Shown: positions 18,850 through 28,598, numbered from the stretch's first letter. The stretch is 64,000 bases of DNA from Candidatus Hermodarchaeota archaeon (GCA_048885865.1 JBHLLF010000017.1:314-64313), one strand, 5' to 3'. The notes: generated from the letters alone by a model not told the origin. Program-made: numbers and translations.

Positions 18850-21654
18850 ATGGCCGACCTAACGCTACTGACTTTAGTTTTCGAGTTTATGTCTCCTCTT
18901 GTTGTGACTGTTGTCTATTTGATTCTCTTCAATAAGAGGCGGAGCAAGTTTATCGAAGCGTTCATCGGGCTCATGTACGCCCTGACTATTACATTCAATA
19001 TCTTCTACATCTGGTTCATTCCAGCAACGAATCCTCCAACATTTACTGAGATTGGCGGAACTGGTCTGATGTGGGCATTCTTTCTTGACCTAGTATTCCA
19101 GTTCGTGTACACTCTGCAGCAATATCTGATCTGGGTAATGGTTGCTTTCTTTGCTGTGCTTTTCGGGATGGTAGTTCTTGCTCTGAAACTGACATTGCAG
19201 GATCCATTGAAAATGAGATTCAGCAACCTCATTCGAAGAATAGTTGGCAGTGAGCCTGAGACCGACGGATACACAGGTCTTAGAGACCGATTAAACCATA
19301 TCACATTCGAAGGCGTCGAGCCTCAGCCCCTTGATCCTGAAGTTTTAGGAAGAGCATGGCGTGAAGCTTGGAAAGACTATCTCATCATTGGACTTGCTAC
19401 ACTCCTACCCTCCATCGGAGCTTATGTAGGAGATGTTGTGTCATATACGGCATTCATCAACACTGGCAACCCTGCGTATCTCATCAATCCCTACATTACA
19501 GGTGTATTCATCTTCCTAACTTGGATCTACAGATTTGGATACCCCGCGTCAAACAGGATTGCAAAGGGAGCAGGTATGTATCTAGGCGAGAGGGACCTTG
19601 GACAAGAGATGATGCGAGGTGTTCTGGGATGGTTCTTCAGACTGAACATTCTACTTTCCATATTCCTCATAGCAACTAGCGTCTTCAACGCGTTCAATGC
19701 CCCGTTACTAATTGGAAGTGGACCTGGGCAGCTCAATCTGAGTCAGGCCGTCATAACTGATTCAGTCATCCGATACTTCCGAGATGGATTGATCTATGCA
19801 TTGCCTCCTATTCTGATAGCTATCATCATTCTTCCACTCGTGGAAGACTTTGCCGTGGTGTTGTACAAGAAGGCATTCGAAAAGCTCGCTAGGAAAAAGG
19901 CAGATGCGGTTGATGACACTCCAAAGAGCAGAGCATCCAGCATAGGAAGCGGAATTGGCATAGGTACGCTAGTAACCGGCGCCTTCTTGGGAGGAGTAAT
20001 GGGCGCCACACTGCATTTCTCATTCAATAATCCCTTGAATCCTGGTCAATTTAGATTCATACCAGGTCAAGTCGATACCTTTGTCGAAACCCTACTCATC
20101 GCTCCATTTACGAATGACCAGCTCATTCTCCCGGTATCATGGACTCTACTAATGCTAGCTATACCTTTTGCTGCCATGCTGTTGCTTGGTATTCTAGGAC
20201 ATATAGTTCGATCAAGAGCTATTGGCAGCACAGAGCTCTATGCATTTGTTGCTGGAGTCCTTGTTTCAGTCGCAACATATTTCCTGCTTCCCAATATGGA
20301 CTATCTGCTCAATGTTCTTCCCACACCTGCAGTGATTGATGGAGAGCTATTCTATAGACTTAGACCAATCATTGGTCCAACAACTGGAAATCTGCTATTC
20401 AGACTGGCTCTGCAGTATATTGTCAATCTACCAACCTATGTCTTCACTGCTCTATTCATCATGTACTACATGGAGTATCGTGAGAAATGGCGTGAACAGA
20501 CTGGAGAAGAATCAAAATCAATACTGAATCTGGAATCTCGAGATGTCTATCAATCTATTGGCATGTTTGTTGCGGGACTAGTCATAGCAATAGTCGCCGT
20601 ATTTGCGCTAGCAATGATGATTGACCCTGGTCTGCTCACCAATACATTAGTAGGCCTCTTTTCAGAAATAGGTGATCCAAATGGACTCGAAGGAGTATTG
20701 GCATGGATTGCTGAAGTGGACTATCACACTCCGTTCATTATTATCGCTGAGCACAACATAATTCGTACTCTGATTATGCTTGTATTTGGGCCCATGTTCT
20801 GGGCAGCAGTACTGTGGTTGGTTGGTGTCAAGAAGACAGCAGAGGAATCGAGCGTAGCAAGGATTGGGCTTGCGGTGACTGTAGTGGGTGTCGTTGCGAC
20901 ATTCCTATGGACCTACTTCGATATGACGAGAGGTGTATTCACGCCAGCACCTACATTGAATTGGATGATTCCTCTACATATTCAGGATCCATGGAGCCTA
21001 GCCGCTCAGATGGGTCTCCGTGCCATTCTCGTTTTTGGAGCTCTAGCTCTGGTCTACGCAATTATCATTGGAGCTCGAGTAAGTGGCGGCAAAGGTGCTG
21101 GTGCATGGTGGTTCCCTCTGTTCCTGTCCATCTTCGCATTGGAGTACTTCATATATGATGACCAATTCACCCTAATTGCTGTAATAGTAATACCGATGTT
21201 TCTGGCGATTCTGTATAAGGGAGCATATATGGGTCGTGAAGAAGTTCGGCGTGAAGATATACTGCTGACCTATATCAAGTTCAGCTTCATGTCAATCGCC
21301 ATTGCAGAGGTCTTGTCTACAGCTCTAATTATTGGAGGCATTAGCATTATCGATATGACCTTCACAGGATCTGCGCTGCCATTCCTCTCTAGTATAATAC
21401 CACACGCCGTGATCGAGATACCTACATTTCTGATTGCCGCGGCAATTTCGCTCAGGATAGCAAAGAACCTCTCTCCCAGCGTGGAACAAGAGAACTGGGA
21501 AGAGCTTCCCACCAAGACCAGGGCGCTATTGACTGACGAGAGGACTTGGAGGATATACCTGCTAATCGTATTCTTCCTTTTGGTTTCTGCGCTCATTGAG
21601 GCGTTTGTCACTCCACTAATTGTGGAATGGGTCCTAACTTTCGTCATGGCCTAG
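18850..21654 (+). CDS. Large polytopic membrane protein (about 20 TM) with SpoIIM/DUF95-like C-terminal module
   Basis: 934-aa ORF that is almost entirely hydrophobic helices. The C-terminal motif IIPHAVIEIPTFLIAAAISLRIAK resembles the conserved H-x-x-x-E-[IL]-P helix of the stage II sporulation protein M family. Confidence 0.8.
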   Translation: MADLTLLTLVFEFMSPLVVTVVYLILFNKRRSKFIEAFIGLMYALTITFNIFYIWFIPATNPPTFTEIGGTGLMWAFFLDLVFQFVYTLQQYLIWVMVAFFAVLFGMVVLALKLTLQDPLKMRFSNLIRRIVGSEPETDGYTGLRDRLNHITFEGVEPQPLDPEVLGRAWREAWKDYLIIGLATLLPSIGAYVGDVVSYTAFINTGNPAYLINPYITGVFIFLTWIYRFGYPASNRIAKGAGMYLGERDLGQEMMRGVLGWFFRLNILLSIFLIATSVFNAFNAPLLIGSGPGQLNLSQAVITDSVIRYFRDGLIYALPPILIAIIILPLVEDFAVVLYKKAFEKLARKKADAVDDTPKSRASSIGSGIGIGTLVTGAFLGGVMGATLHFSFNNPLNPGQFRFIPGQVDTFVETLLIAPFTNDQLILPVSWTLLMLAIPFAAMLLLGILGHIVRSRAIGSTELYAFVAGVLVSVATYFLLPNMDYLLNVLPTPAVIDGELFYRLRPIIGPTTGNLLFRLALQYIVNLPTYVFTALFIMYYMEYREKWREQTGEESKSILNLESRDVYQSIGMFVAGLVIAIVAVFALAMMIDPGLLTNTLVGLFSEIGDPNGLEGVLAWIAEVDYHTPFIIIAEHNIIRTLIMLVFGPMFWAAVLWLVGVKKTAEESSVARIGLAVTVVGVVATFLWTYFDMTRGVFTPAPTLNWMIPLHIQDPWSLAAQMGLRAILVFGALALVYAIIIGARVSGGKGAGAWWFPLFLSIFALEYFIYDDQFTLIAVIVIPMFLAILYKGAYMGREEVRREDILLTYIKFSFMSIAIAEVLSTALIIGGISIIDMTFTGSALPFLSSIIPHAVIEIPTFLIAAAISLRIAKNLSPSVEQENWEELPTKTRALLTDERTWRIYLLIVFFLLVSALIEAFVTPLIVEWVLTFVMA

Positions 21655-21671
21655 TGACATTTAGCTTGATG

Positions 21672-21711
21672 GCCTGCCTCTGGCAGGCTCTCTCCACTTT
21701 TTTCGATTTTT
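21672..21711 (+). terminator. Hairpin plus T-tract after the 934-aa gene
   Basis: GCCTGCC-tct-GGCAGGC stem-loop at 21672-21688, then tctctccacttttttcgattttt. Confidence 0.45.
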
Positions 21712-21926
21712 GGAATCTTCTATTCGTTCCTAACCAAAAGTTCACCCAACGTAGTCTTATATTTCTTGGATTCTGCTTGAACTTCATATGCGCCGCTGCT
21801 CTGGAGAGCCTCATCCTTTGACGTCAGACGTTGCGGAGCGTCTGAGCCGACATTGAGCAGAGAATTCAGACATATCTGCATGCCCTGGATTTCTTGGTGC
21901 AATAAACGCACAGCTGTGATGAAATC

Positions 21927-24900
21927 ATGATTAAACCGAGCAGTAAGATGATAACACTGTTCGCCCTTGCCCTTTTCACATTATCTCTTATGACAGCCCC
22001 AGCATCAGTGCCACCCTCTTCGGCACCAGAGAATTGGGTAGTCAATACGCAGACTCCTTTGAGGTCTGGAGTCCTTTCTGATTACCCCGACAACTATACT
22101 CGAGTGGAATGGGATCAGGGTACATGGAATGAACAGTGGGTTGATTCATGGAACCAAAGTCATTATCAGTTTGGTCCAACGGTCACATATCAAACTCGAA
22201 ATGCCACGAATAGCGCTCTTATCAGATGGAACGAAACAATTGACCTGGATGGTTGGGTCAATCTTATTATGAAAGTCCCGAAGACGGCCCTTTCCTATGA
22301 GATTCCTTTTGCAGTGCTCTTCCAGGCATCATACTACAATATGTCAGAGCTTGGCCCTGAGGGAAGAATGACTGAAGCAGGTTCTACTCCTATCACCGCT
22401 ATGGGCATGTATTTCGTGAATGAGTCTAGATGGGATTTCTATTCTTCAATGAATATGACTTTTCCAGAAGAGCCTCCATCTGACCTACCTGCAGGAACAA
22501 CGATAGAAGACGTTTTTGGGCCGCCAATAGATCCATTCATGGAGCTCGATGTAGCTGGCTGCTCAGCAGCGGCTGGAGTCGATTATTACTGGGCGACTTT
22601 CAAATTTAGGTTCAATCAATCTGCTCAGACAGGATTCTATCATATTATGGCCATGGCTATGGATTCAAGTCTTCAACCGATTGCTCAAAGCATAACGGAC
22701 GAATTTGGCGGACGGATTTTTGGTGCAACCTTTGATGATCTGGTCCATCAGGCTGTAGGAGGCTATTACTCTTGGAGTAGATTGGGCGACGATGGTAATA
22801 TACTGCTATCTGCTACAAGAGGAGAAGACTTCAATCAGACGGCAACCATCACGAATGGTACACTGCTAGCCAACGTGACATTCTATATTGACGTGCCTAG
22901 TCAAGTACTAACCACACAGTGGGTCTATGGTCCTTATACTGAAGTTCAGCAATCGACTGGAGGTTGGGAGTACGATACAATAAGTGAGACCTACATATGG
23001 AACGCCACAGTTCCAGTTACTCGAACGCTGCACTTTGATGGACTTCATCCGGAAACCTACTATACGGGTATCGACCTATCAATTGAGTATCAATTTTGGG
23101 ACGGATTTCAGTTCCATAATGACTGGGCATGGCCCAGACAAGCGGTTACATACCATTTCCATAATGACTCCTTTACAGTCAATCTGGCCTATGATTTCCG
23201 TACTTACGAATACATGGATGATCCGAAAGGTGGCTATTGGTATGAAACTTGGAGGACTCAGTACCTCCCATGGCCTGGCGCTGATGTACCTCTGACCTAC
23301 ATTTTGAATGCAAGCACTAGTGGTCACTCTTTGGCTGGCCAGAGGCATGTTGTCAACTTTAGAGGTCATATCAGTGAAGATGTACTACCTACAGGTGGAG
23401 AATTCGGCATGGGGCCTCTTCATATTAGGGATAGAGTAACCAACTTCGAAGGCAGGGATCTTGCGCAAGCAGCAGATCTCCCAATATCTTCTGAGGAAGA
23501 GAAGGCGGCATCTGAGATGCTACGCCAGCTTGGTGTTGAGTCTCCTACTGCAGTTGTGCGTCTAGTCCAGAAGGGACAGCCCTATCATCCAAGCTGGATG
23601 TTCCAGAGCGATGTGGGTGAAACTTTCACCGTACAGTCCCTCCTTCAAGGTGGTGCGGAGCTTGCAGCAGACATCGATGGTGTCGGATTGTTCTTACGTG
23701 CTTGGGATGAGAAATGGGGCTGGGACATGGGGGAGGACTGGCAACAGCATTCAGAGATTGAAGTGCAAATCCGAATAGATGACACCGGCGTTGTTGATGT
23801 GAAGGTCTTCAACTACACACGTAGGACATCTTGGGGTACGGGTCTACATTATGAATGGATGTACGTAGAGGTGATTCCAGGTGTTTGGGAATGGCGAGAA
23901 GTCGAGATTATAGGTGATTATTGGCAGGAATTGATTTGGGATCACAAGCTTGGTGATTGGACTAACGAGTGGTTCCCATTCCATGATAGTCGGTCAATCA
24001 TGAGTGTAGACTATTTCGATGTTGGTAATCTGACATATGGCCTAGTCGGAAATGATCTGCGAATAGTCTTCGATGTCACACCTAGGTCTGGGATACCTGG
24101 CCTTGAATGGAATTGGGACTTCTTCTATGGCAATCTGACTTGGGTTACAGACTACGAATCAGGAGAAGACTTCCATCTTGTAACAGGTTGGATTGAGGAT
24201 ACTGTCTATTCATACAAGAATGGAACAGACACGCTCCATCTATCAACTCCATATCACGATGTAGTCTTCAGGAATAATGTTACAGACGAACTCTACGTCC
24301 AAGAGAGCTTCCCCTTCATCGTCATTGATGGCACTGAGTATGAAGTGGAAAAGTACTATGTCGACACGGGCGGCGGCCTAGAAGAACGAGTCGTCTTTGA
24401 GAGATGGGACCACGAGGGTTGGGATGAAAACACTCAGTCCTACTCAGGCAATTGGAAACACTGGTATCAGTTAACAAACGGCACCGAAATTGATATCCAT
24501 CTCGGAACGAGTGCCATGATTTTCAACATCACCCTTGATGATGGAAGATGGTTCTTGGCTCCAGAAGACTTTCCACGTTACAATCCTTTCCTCAATGAAG
24601 AGTTCTTCATAATGCTAAATGGAACTCAAATTGTCGTGAGGAATGAAACAGGCCAGATATACTTCTACACCCCTGCACCATTGAGTACCACTCCTGTGAA
24701 GTTTGATGACACCTATGTGATCTATGCCAACGGAAGGAAACCAGTTTACTTGGCTGTGGAGCCATTCTGGGAAGTAGATCATTATGTGCTATATCTGAAC
24801 TCAACCCATGAGCGATTAGATGTATGGTGGGATGACTTCATGGGCCGCTATTTCTACTGGAATACGACAGATTTCACCCAGTACTATTTCGATGGCATGC

Positions 24901-27900
24901 ACTGGTCTCGGGTGTTTGAGGGCAAGTGGATGGGTGAGGATTTCCTAATAGATGAACTGGGTTATGGAATCAGGTATAAAGCATTTACAGAATTACATGG
25001 CAATGTCTATCCTCTGCCAATGCCCGGAATGGATGTATGGGATATCTTTGATCTCAACTACATTACCCCCAAGAAACATTTCGTACACATCAATGGCGGT
25101 ACTTATGAGGCGTACCCCCTGCCGCAGGGCTATGATCCAGTTCTGTCCTATTGGTACAACCAATACCAGGCAGATGTTGAGGGAGTACTGTATAATCTCA
25201 CTGAGTACAGCTGGAATCCATTCACTCCATGGACGCCCATGTCTGAACTCGACAGACCGTTCACAGCAATCGCTAATGGTTCAATTGGTGTTCCCGAAAT
25301 CTTCCACAAAGATTGGACAGTAGCGCTGGGACACACGAATTCCGACACCAGACGGTTTACTGTTGACCAGTGGCTGGAACTCAAGTCTGGAAATTATCAA
25401 GATCCAATGTGGCCAGATAGGATTTTCTTTGATGATCTTGGATATCCCTATGTTGTGACCATGAATGATGAGATGATGAATTACACCCAACATGCTCGTG
25501 CATATTTCTTCAACATTACACTTCAAAATGGGACGAGCTTCCATAGCATTGATCCATGGTTCAATGTATACGAAACATGGAATGAAACATCTCAGTTTTG
25601 GGAAGTTCATTACTACTATTTCCTGGATCTGAATGGTAGTGAAATTCGGCTCTACGATTTACCCGAATTCAACTTCACTCAGGAGAACTCAACCATTGTT
25701 GATGATATTTACAACCCGACGTACTATTGGGTAGATGGACAACAGTACGAGATCTTCAGGGTGGAGTGGCAGCCATTCTTCACTCTAGATGCAGCTAATG
25801 GCACTTCGTGGGAAGTTGTGGACCTACAGAATGACTGGGAGCACAGATTCAATATTCCATCATTCAACTTCACATTGGATAGTGGTGTGACTTGGTATAA
25901 AGTGACAGGCAGTCGCGATATGATATACCAAGCATTTTGGACTCATGGTTGGTCTCAGAAGCTGGATTACAGGCCACTTCCAGTTACCATATTGCGCGAA
26001 CAATGGTCGATAGTCATTGGAACGCCACGCTATGGAATGTGGGATATAGATTCATGGACAGTTGATGAAACGACTGGGGCACTCGATCTTGACGGCAACC
26101 TTGATACGACCAACGACCAGTACTACGTAGGGAGCTCCTATCAGTCCTCACACAGCTACAATGTTACTCAAGAGTATCTTTGGGTCAACATAGTTTGGGA
26201 GCCGAATTCAACACTTTGGCAAGATGAATTCTATTTGAACTCGTACGCCGGAATGGTCACCACGAACTGGTCCTACACCTGGGCAGACAATTACTACTGG
26301 TATCATGCTGATACCGGCGACCAATTGACGAGTGTGGAGATGACAGAGATTCAGAATCAACTTCTCGATCCAATGGGTCACCCAGCCCCTGGATATTGGG
26401 GCATTAGCTGGATGGCGCAGAATTTCACGTCCGAATTGATGAAGGCACAAGCCCAGGCTGAGGGGTGGGAATGGTTTGACACTTCTCAGGAATGGTCATG
26501 GATTTGGTGGGAACTGCAAGAGGGCTACACTACTGATGTTAACAATGGAACTCACATAGTTCCAATGGATATCAGTCTCGCATACCAGTATGCTGGAATG
26601 ATGGCTTGGAATGATACCAGCAATGATTCATTCCTGGATATCAATGTGGCTAGTCTGGGCAGTGCAGAACTGACCCACTACTGGATGCCAGCAAGTGTAG
26701 ACTCTGTGACCTTCACCACACCAGGTGAAGCTTGGGGCAATACCAACTCCACTGACGTTGAGTATCGCCCAGTCAATGAAACAATCGATTTTGGAGTCGC
26801 ATTCTTCAATATCAGCGGAGAAGTATTCCCATTTGGTGATTGGTCCTACTGGGATTGGTACGATGGTCAATACTATGGTTCGGACTTTTCCTCATTTGAG
26901 GAACGACCATCTCTTGCTGAAGTAGACGAGTTCTCCATTGATGTACATTTCACTGGAAACGTGAATACTACAGGCGGTCCCAATTATGCAAGTGTCAAAT
27001 TTGACATGCTAATTGGCGACTGGTATCTTGATTCACCAGGAGGCCGTGAAAGCAACCTTGATGGGTACAGTCTTGCAGTTGCTTTCTATAGCGATTTGAC
27101 AATAGTGACTCCTGAAGGGACTGAGATTCCGCCTTGCTATACCAATGACCTGGGACAACCGCTTTTCAACAATCAGGCAAACGCATCAAGCAGCTATGGA
27201 ATGGGGACTACTCTTTCCAGAGTGGCTTTGATGAACATGGGCGGTTCAACCTATAGCTGGGCACGAAACGCTTCAATGGCTCCAACCGTTTCAGCGCAAA
27301 CAGTGCCATTGTCCACATTCAGCACAATGTATGTATCCGATGCTGGAGGGTCTGCTACGGCATTTGATGTCACCTCATCACAGTTCTACACTGTGATCAG
27401 TTTCAAGCACTGGGCTGGTTATCAAGTTGAGGTCGACCCGGTGTTTGTAAGCTATGTTTCGCGTGGTGCAGATGATGCAACGTCTCCTTCGATTGATTAC
27501 TGGAATGAAGCGTCGGTTGATGTGCTAGGGACAGAGAATCTACGATTGGAGATTCAGGCATCTGACGAAGGCGGTTCAGAAATTTCCAAGGTTGTTGTCA
27601 TGGACCTTGACAATGTCGTGAACTACACAGCAACTTGGGAGGAGCCTGCTGGAGCATATGTAGTTGAGGTGCCACGATCTCAAGATGGCAGATACAACTT
27701 CAATTACCGAATTGTGGTGGTGGATGGTGCTGGCAACCAAGTCACGATTGATGATACCTATATGTTCAGAGACAACATCGATCCTATCATCAATAGTGTG
27801 GATGCTGACAATTCCACTGATGTGTTTGGACTTGAGATTGCGGTTATATCAGCTGATGTTTCTGACCTTGGCGGGTCAAACATCGCGTCTGTGACACTGA

Positions 27901-28544
27901 CCTACTCCAACACATCGGGCAACTATGATGTTGCGATGGTCGATACAGGTTTGGTGTACGAGGGTACTATACCCAACCATGCACCAGGTACCTTTGTGGA
28001 CTACTGGGTAACAGTTGAAGACGGAGATGGGAACTCGGTTCTGAGTTCTACAGGCAATTTCCAGTTCGCTACTGGTGGTGGTCCTGACACACTTGGGCCA
28101 TCAATAACCTCGGTCAGCGAACCCCCGTCGTCTCCTACAACCTCGGATTCCGTCACAGTTACCGCAACTGTCCAGGATGCCTCAGGTGTCAATGCGGTTA
28201 CTCTCCAATACAAGATTGACGATGGCACTTGGAATAATGTGTCTATGAGCGCTATTGGAAATACCTACACTGGTGTAATACCTGCTCAGGCTGGAGGCAG
28301 CCTAGTCACTTACAGGATTGTCGCTACCGACACTGTCGGAAACGAAGCCATCTCAGTTGAGAGGAACTACACTGTTGCCAGTGACACTACTACTCCAACA
28401 ACAGAGCCTACCACTCCAACTGAACCCCCACCACCTCCGCCACCTCCGGGATTGGATGACACCATGGTCATGATGGTCATGGGCGGATTGTTTGGACTTG
28501 TATTCATCTTCATTGGTGTGAATGTGGTTCGTCGAAGAAGGTAA
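21927..28544 (+). CDS. Giant secreted, C-terminally anchored W/Y-rich glycoprotein candidate (2205 aa), family unknown
   Basis: Uninterrupted 6.6-kb ORF with signal peptide MITLFALALFTLSLMTAPASV. I count 14 N-x-S/T sequons in the first ~480 aa by eye, and Trp/Tyr content is very high. Conserved TGALDLDGNLDTTNDQYY Ca-loop-like block. The C-terminus has three Ig-like repeats, a Pro/Thr linker, then a TM helix plus RRRR. Confidence 0.9.
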   Translation: MIKPSSKMITLFALALFTLSLMTAPASVPPSSAPENWVVNTQTPLRSGVLSDYPDNYTRVEWDQGTWNEQWVDSWNQSHYQFGPTVTYQTRNATNSALIRWNETIDLDGWVNLIMKVPKTALSYEIPFAVLFQASYYNMSELGPEGRMTEAGSTPITAMGMYFVNESRWDFYSSMNMTFPEEPPSDLPAGTTIEDVFGPPIDPFMELDVAGCSAAAGVDYYWATFKFRFNQSAQTGFYHIMAMAMDSSLQPIAQSITDEFGGRIFGATFDDLVHQAVGGYYSWSRLGDDGNILLSATRGEDFNQTATITNGTLLANVTFYIDVPSQVLTTQWVYGPYTEVQQSTGGWEYDTISETYIWNATVPVTRTLHFDGLHPETYYTGIDLSIEYQFWDGFQFHNDWAWPRQAVTYHFHNDSFTVNLAYDFRTYEYMDDPKGGYWYETWRTQYLPWPGADVPLTYILNASTSGHSLAGQRHVVNFRGHISEDVLPTGGEFGMGPLHIRDRVTNFEGRDLAQAADLPISSEEEKAASEMLRQLGVESPTAVVRLVQKGQPYHPSWMFQSDVGETFTVQSLLQGGAELAADIDGVGLFLRAWDEKWGWDMGEDWQQHSEIEVQIRIDDTGVVDVKVFNYTRRTSWGTGLHYEWMYVEVIPGVWEWREVEIIGDYWQELIWDHKLGDWTNEWFPFHDSRSIMSVDYFDVGNLTYGLVGNDLRIVFDVTPRSGIPGLEWNWDFFYGNLTWVTDYESGEDFHLVTGWIEDTVYSYKNGTDTLHLSTPYHDVVFRNNVTDELYVQESFPFIVIDGTEYEVEKYYVDTGGGLEERVVFERWDHEGWDENTQSYSGNWKHWYQLTNGTEIDIHLGTSAMIFNITLDDGRWFLAPEDFPRYNPFLNEEFFIMLNGTQIVVRNETGQIYFYTPAPLSTTPVKFDDTYVIYANGRKPVYLAVEPFWEVDHYVLYLNSTHERLDVWWDDFMGRYFYWNTTDFTQYYFDGMHWSRVFEGKWMGEDFLIDELGYGIRYKAFTELHGNVYPLPMPGMDVWDIFDLNYITPKKHFVHINGGTYEAYPLPQGYDPVLSYWYNQYQADVEGVLYNLTEYSWNPFTPWTPMSELDRPFTAIANGSIGVPEIFHKDWTVALGHTNSDTRRFTVDQWLELKSGNYQDPMWPDRIFFDDLGYPYVVTMNDEMMNYTQHARAYFFNITLQNGTSFHSIDPWFNVYETWNETSQFWEVHYYYFLDLNGSEIRLYDLPEFNFTQENSTIVDDIYNPTYYWVDGQQYEIFRVEWQPFFTLDAANGTSWEVVDLQNDWEHRFNIPSFNFTLDSGVTWYKVTGSRDMIYQAFWTHGWSQKLDYRPLPVTILREQWSIVIGTPRYGMWDIDSWTVDETTGALDLDGNLDTTNDQYYVGSSYQSSHSYNVTQEYLWVNIVWEPNSTLWQDEFYLNSYAGMVTTNWSYTWADNYYWYHADTGDQLTSVEMTEIQNQLLDPMGHPAPGYWGISWMAQNFTSELMKAQAQAEGWEWFDTSQEWSWIWWELQEGYTTDVNNGTHIVPMDISLAYQYAGMMAWNDTSNDSFLDINVASLGSAELTHYWMPASVDSVTFTTPGEAWGNTNSTDVEYRPVNETIDFGVAFFNISGEVFPFGDWSYWDWYDGQYYGSDFSSFEERPSLAEVDEFSIDVHFTGNVNTTGGPNYASVKFDMLIGDWYLDSPGGRESNLDGYSLAVAFYSDLTIVTPEGTEIPPCYTNDLGQPLFNNQANASSSYGMGTTLSRVALMNMGGSTYSWARNASMAPTVSAQTVPLSTFSTMYVSDAGGSATAFDVTSSQFYTVISFKHWAGYQVEVDPVFVSYVSRGADDATSPSIDYWNEASVDVLGTENLRLEIQASDEGGSEISKVVVMDLDNVVNYTATWEEPAGAYVVEVPRSQDGRYNFNYRIVVVDGAGNQVTIDDTYMFRDNIDPIINSVDADNSTDVFGLEIAVISADVSDLGGSNIASVTLTYSNTSGNYDVAMVDTGLVYEGTIPNHAPGTFVDYWVTVEDGDGNSVLSSTGNFQFATGGGPDTLGPSITSVSEPPSSPTTSDSVTVTATVQDASGVNAVTLQYKIDDGTWNNVSMSAIGNTYTGVIPAQAGGSLVTYRIVATDTVGNEAISVERNYTVASDTTTPTTEPTTPTEPPPPPPPPGLDDTMVMMVMGGLFGLVFIFIGVNVVRRRR
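27470..28378 (+). repeat. Three tandem ~100-aa Ig-like domain repeats (protein level) inside giant protein 1
   Basis: The recurring pattern ...GGS.I..V.L.Y......Y.V.M......Y.G.IP....G..V.Y.V.V.D..GN... occurs three times: SEISKVVVMDL..., SNIASVTLTYS... and SGVNAVTLQYK.... It is followed by the TTTPTTEPTTPTEPPPPPPPPG linker. Confidence 0.6.
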
Positions 28545-28558
28545 TTTCAAACAGAGAC

Positions 28559-28598
28559 CTGAGGGTGTACCCCTCAGAGTTCTCTTCTCTTTTTCTTC
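28559..28598 (+). terminator. Hairpin plus T-tract after giant gene 1
   Basis: CTGAGGG-tgtac-CCCTCAG stem-loop at 28559-28577, then agttctcttctctttttcttc. Confidence 0.5.

Noticed and set aside
21627-21911. Two short ORFs (64 aa plus strand, 63 aa minus strand) in the spacer before giant gene 1
   Set aside because: The plus-strand ORF runs through the terminator hairpin and T-tract. The minus-strand ORF is hydrophilic and could be real, but it has a GTG start, no clear RBS and no recognisable fold. It is kept only as a note in the spacer finding.
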